Of a DNA stretch of 64,000 nucleotides, positions 62,986-64,000 are shown piece by piece. Both the position numbers and the translations under genes were made by a program. The stretch is from NCBI GenBank assembly GCA_011109175.1, contig RDEW01000024.1:112738-176737 (forward strand). Direction: 5' to 3'. Source of the DNA: Dicyema japonicum (taxonomy: Eukaryota; Animalia; Dicyemida). Every line of letters starts with the position of its first letter. Within the stretch, counting starts at the first letter, position 1. Below the pieces are notes generated by a model. The model saw only the letters and a program-made list of their open reading frames with translations, ran no database searches and had not been told where the DNA came from.

Positions 62986-63795
62986 GTTATCTTACAATGT
63001 TCTGTCTTTTTTCTCATGAAAATGCGATCCAACTGCCTCAAAAAACGCCAAATGCCAAGAAGTTTCTTCCACCACTTCACGAATCATACCTTAAATAGAT
63101 CCCTTAAAGTGTGATTCTGGATGTAGTAAAAAAAATTAAGACAAGTGGAGACAAAGACTGAACTATGCCAAATTNGGTTATCTTACAATGTTCTGTCTTT
63201 TTTCTCATGAAAATGCGATCCACCTGCTTCAAAAAGCGCCAAATGCCAAGAATTTTCTTCCACCACTTCACGAATCATACCTTAAATGTATTCCCTAAAG
63301 TGTGATTCTGGATGTAGTAAAAAAAATTAAGACAAGTGGAGACAAAGACTGAACTATGCCAATTCCAATAAAGTTAGTTGATCATCTTATCAGTAACTGA
63401 ACGGTATTCAATAATTAAACTATAAAAGAATACAAACGTCAGGTTAGTCAGAATGCTAGTCTGCAGACATTGAACACGTGATTGGGTTACGACTATGATC
63501 GTGAGCTCATTGTTTTAGAATAGTAATCGTATCATTACAGACTCCCATTTCCGCAGTCCTGCAAGCCGCNNNNNNNNNNNNNNNNNNNNNNNNNNNNNNN
63601 NNNNNNNNNNNNNNNNNNNNNNNNNNNNNNNNNNNNNNNNNNNNNNNNNNNNNNNNNNNNNNNNCCAGGTTAGTCAGAATTCTAGTCTGCAGACATTGAA
63701 CACGTGATTGGGTTACGACTATGATCGTGAGCTCATTGTTTTAGAATAGTAATCGTATCATTACAGACTCCCATTTCCGCAGTCCTGCAAGCCGT
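62986..63795. repeat. Duplicated contig ends around n at 63176 and gap 63570-63664
   Basis: ~190-bp and ~130-bp near-identical copies on either side of N. Confidence 0.8.
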
Positions 63796-64000
63796 TCAAT
63801 TAACTTGATAAACTTTGATGTGCTGAAGTCAAGACTGAGATGGGGTGGAATGCAAACCGATCCTCAAATGTATGACGAAAATAAAAGTTTATATAAACCC
63901 TGGGATCAAATGGAATAAAAGTCAAATAGTTAGGTGTTCTCCGTCCCGAATTAGCAGAGCCATCTTACATCTGTGTTCATCCATTGCGCCTATTTCTTCC

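Noticed and set aside
62990-63110. Nudix box (REVVEETS) on the minus strand
   Set aside because: The upstream GX5E part is missing and there is an in-frame stop just before it
1-64000. CRISPR array or prokaryotic operon/defence system
   Set aside because: No repeat-spacer array; all recognisable genes are eukaryotic and spliced

Overview
AT-rich eukaryotic (animal) scaffold with N gaps, dominated by transposon debris, with a few compact genes whose GT-AG introns are only 21-32 nt. Tiny introns plus animal-specific genes (Twisted gastrulation, an EVI1/PRDM16-type zinc finger) and a divergent 28S fragment suggest a highly reduced animal, possibly a dicyemid mesozoan (inference, unconfirmed). 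Two developmental genes look intact: tsg (60596-61264) and a two-finger EVI1-like gene (57483-58146). Three housekeeping genes (TTF2, RBM28, DERL1) keep their introns but carry stops, frameshifts, deletions or splice-site lesions. Mobile DNA includes RTE-like, I/Jockey-like and CRE non-LTR elements, a tRNA-headed SINE family (about 9 copies, 3 with TSDs), a Buster-type hAT, a pogo/Tigger element and Ginger-like integrases. Most notable signals: a shared 3' stem-loop architecture in RTE-like LINEs and the SINE, an RT-less LINE derivative that still retrotransposed, strong CACGTG enrichment, and purine-rich micro-introns. All translation and counting was done by hand; coordinates marked approximate may be off by tens of bases. 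Family assignments come from remembered motifs, not database searches.
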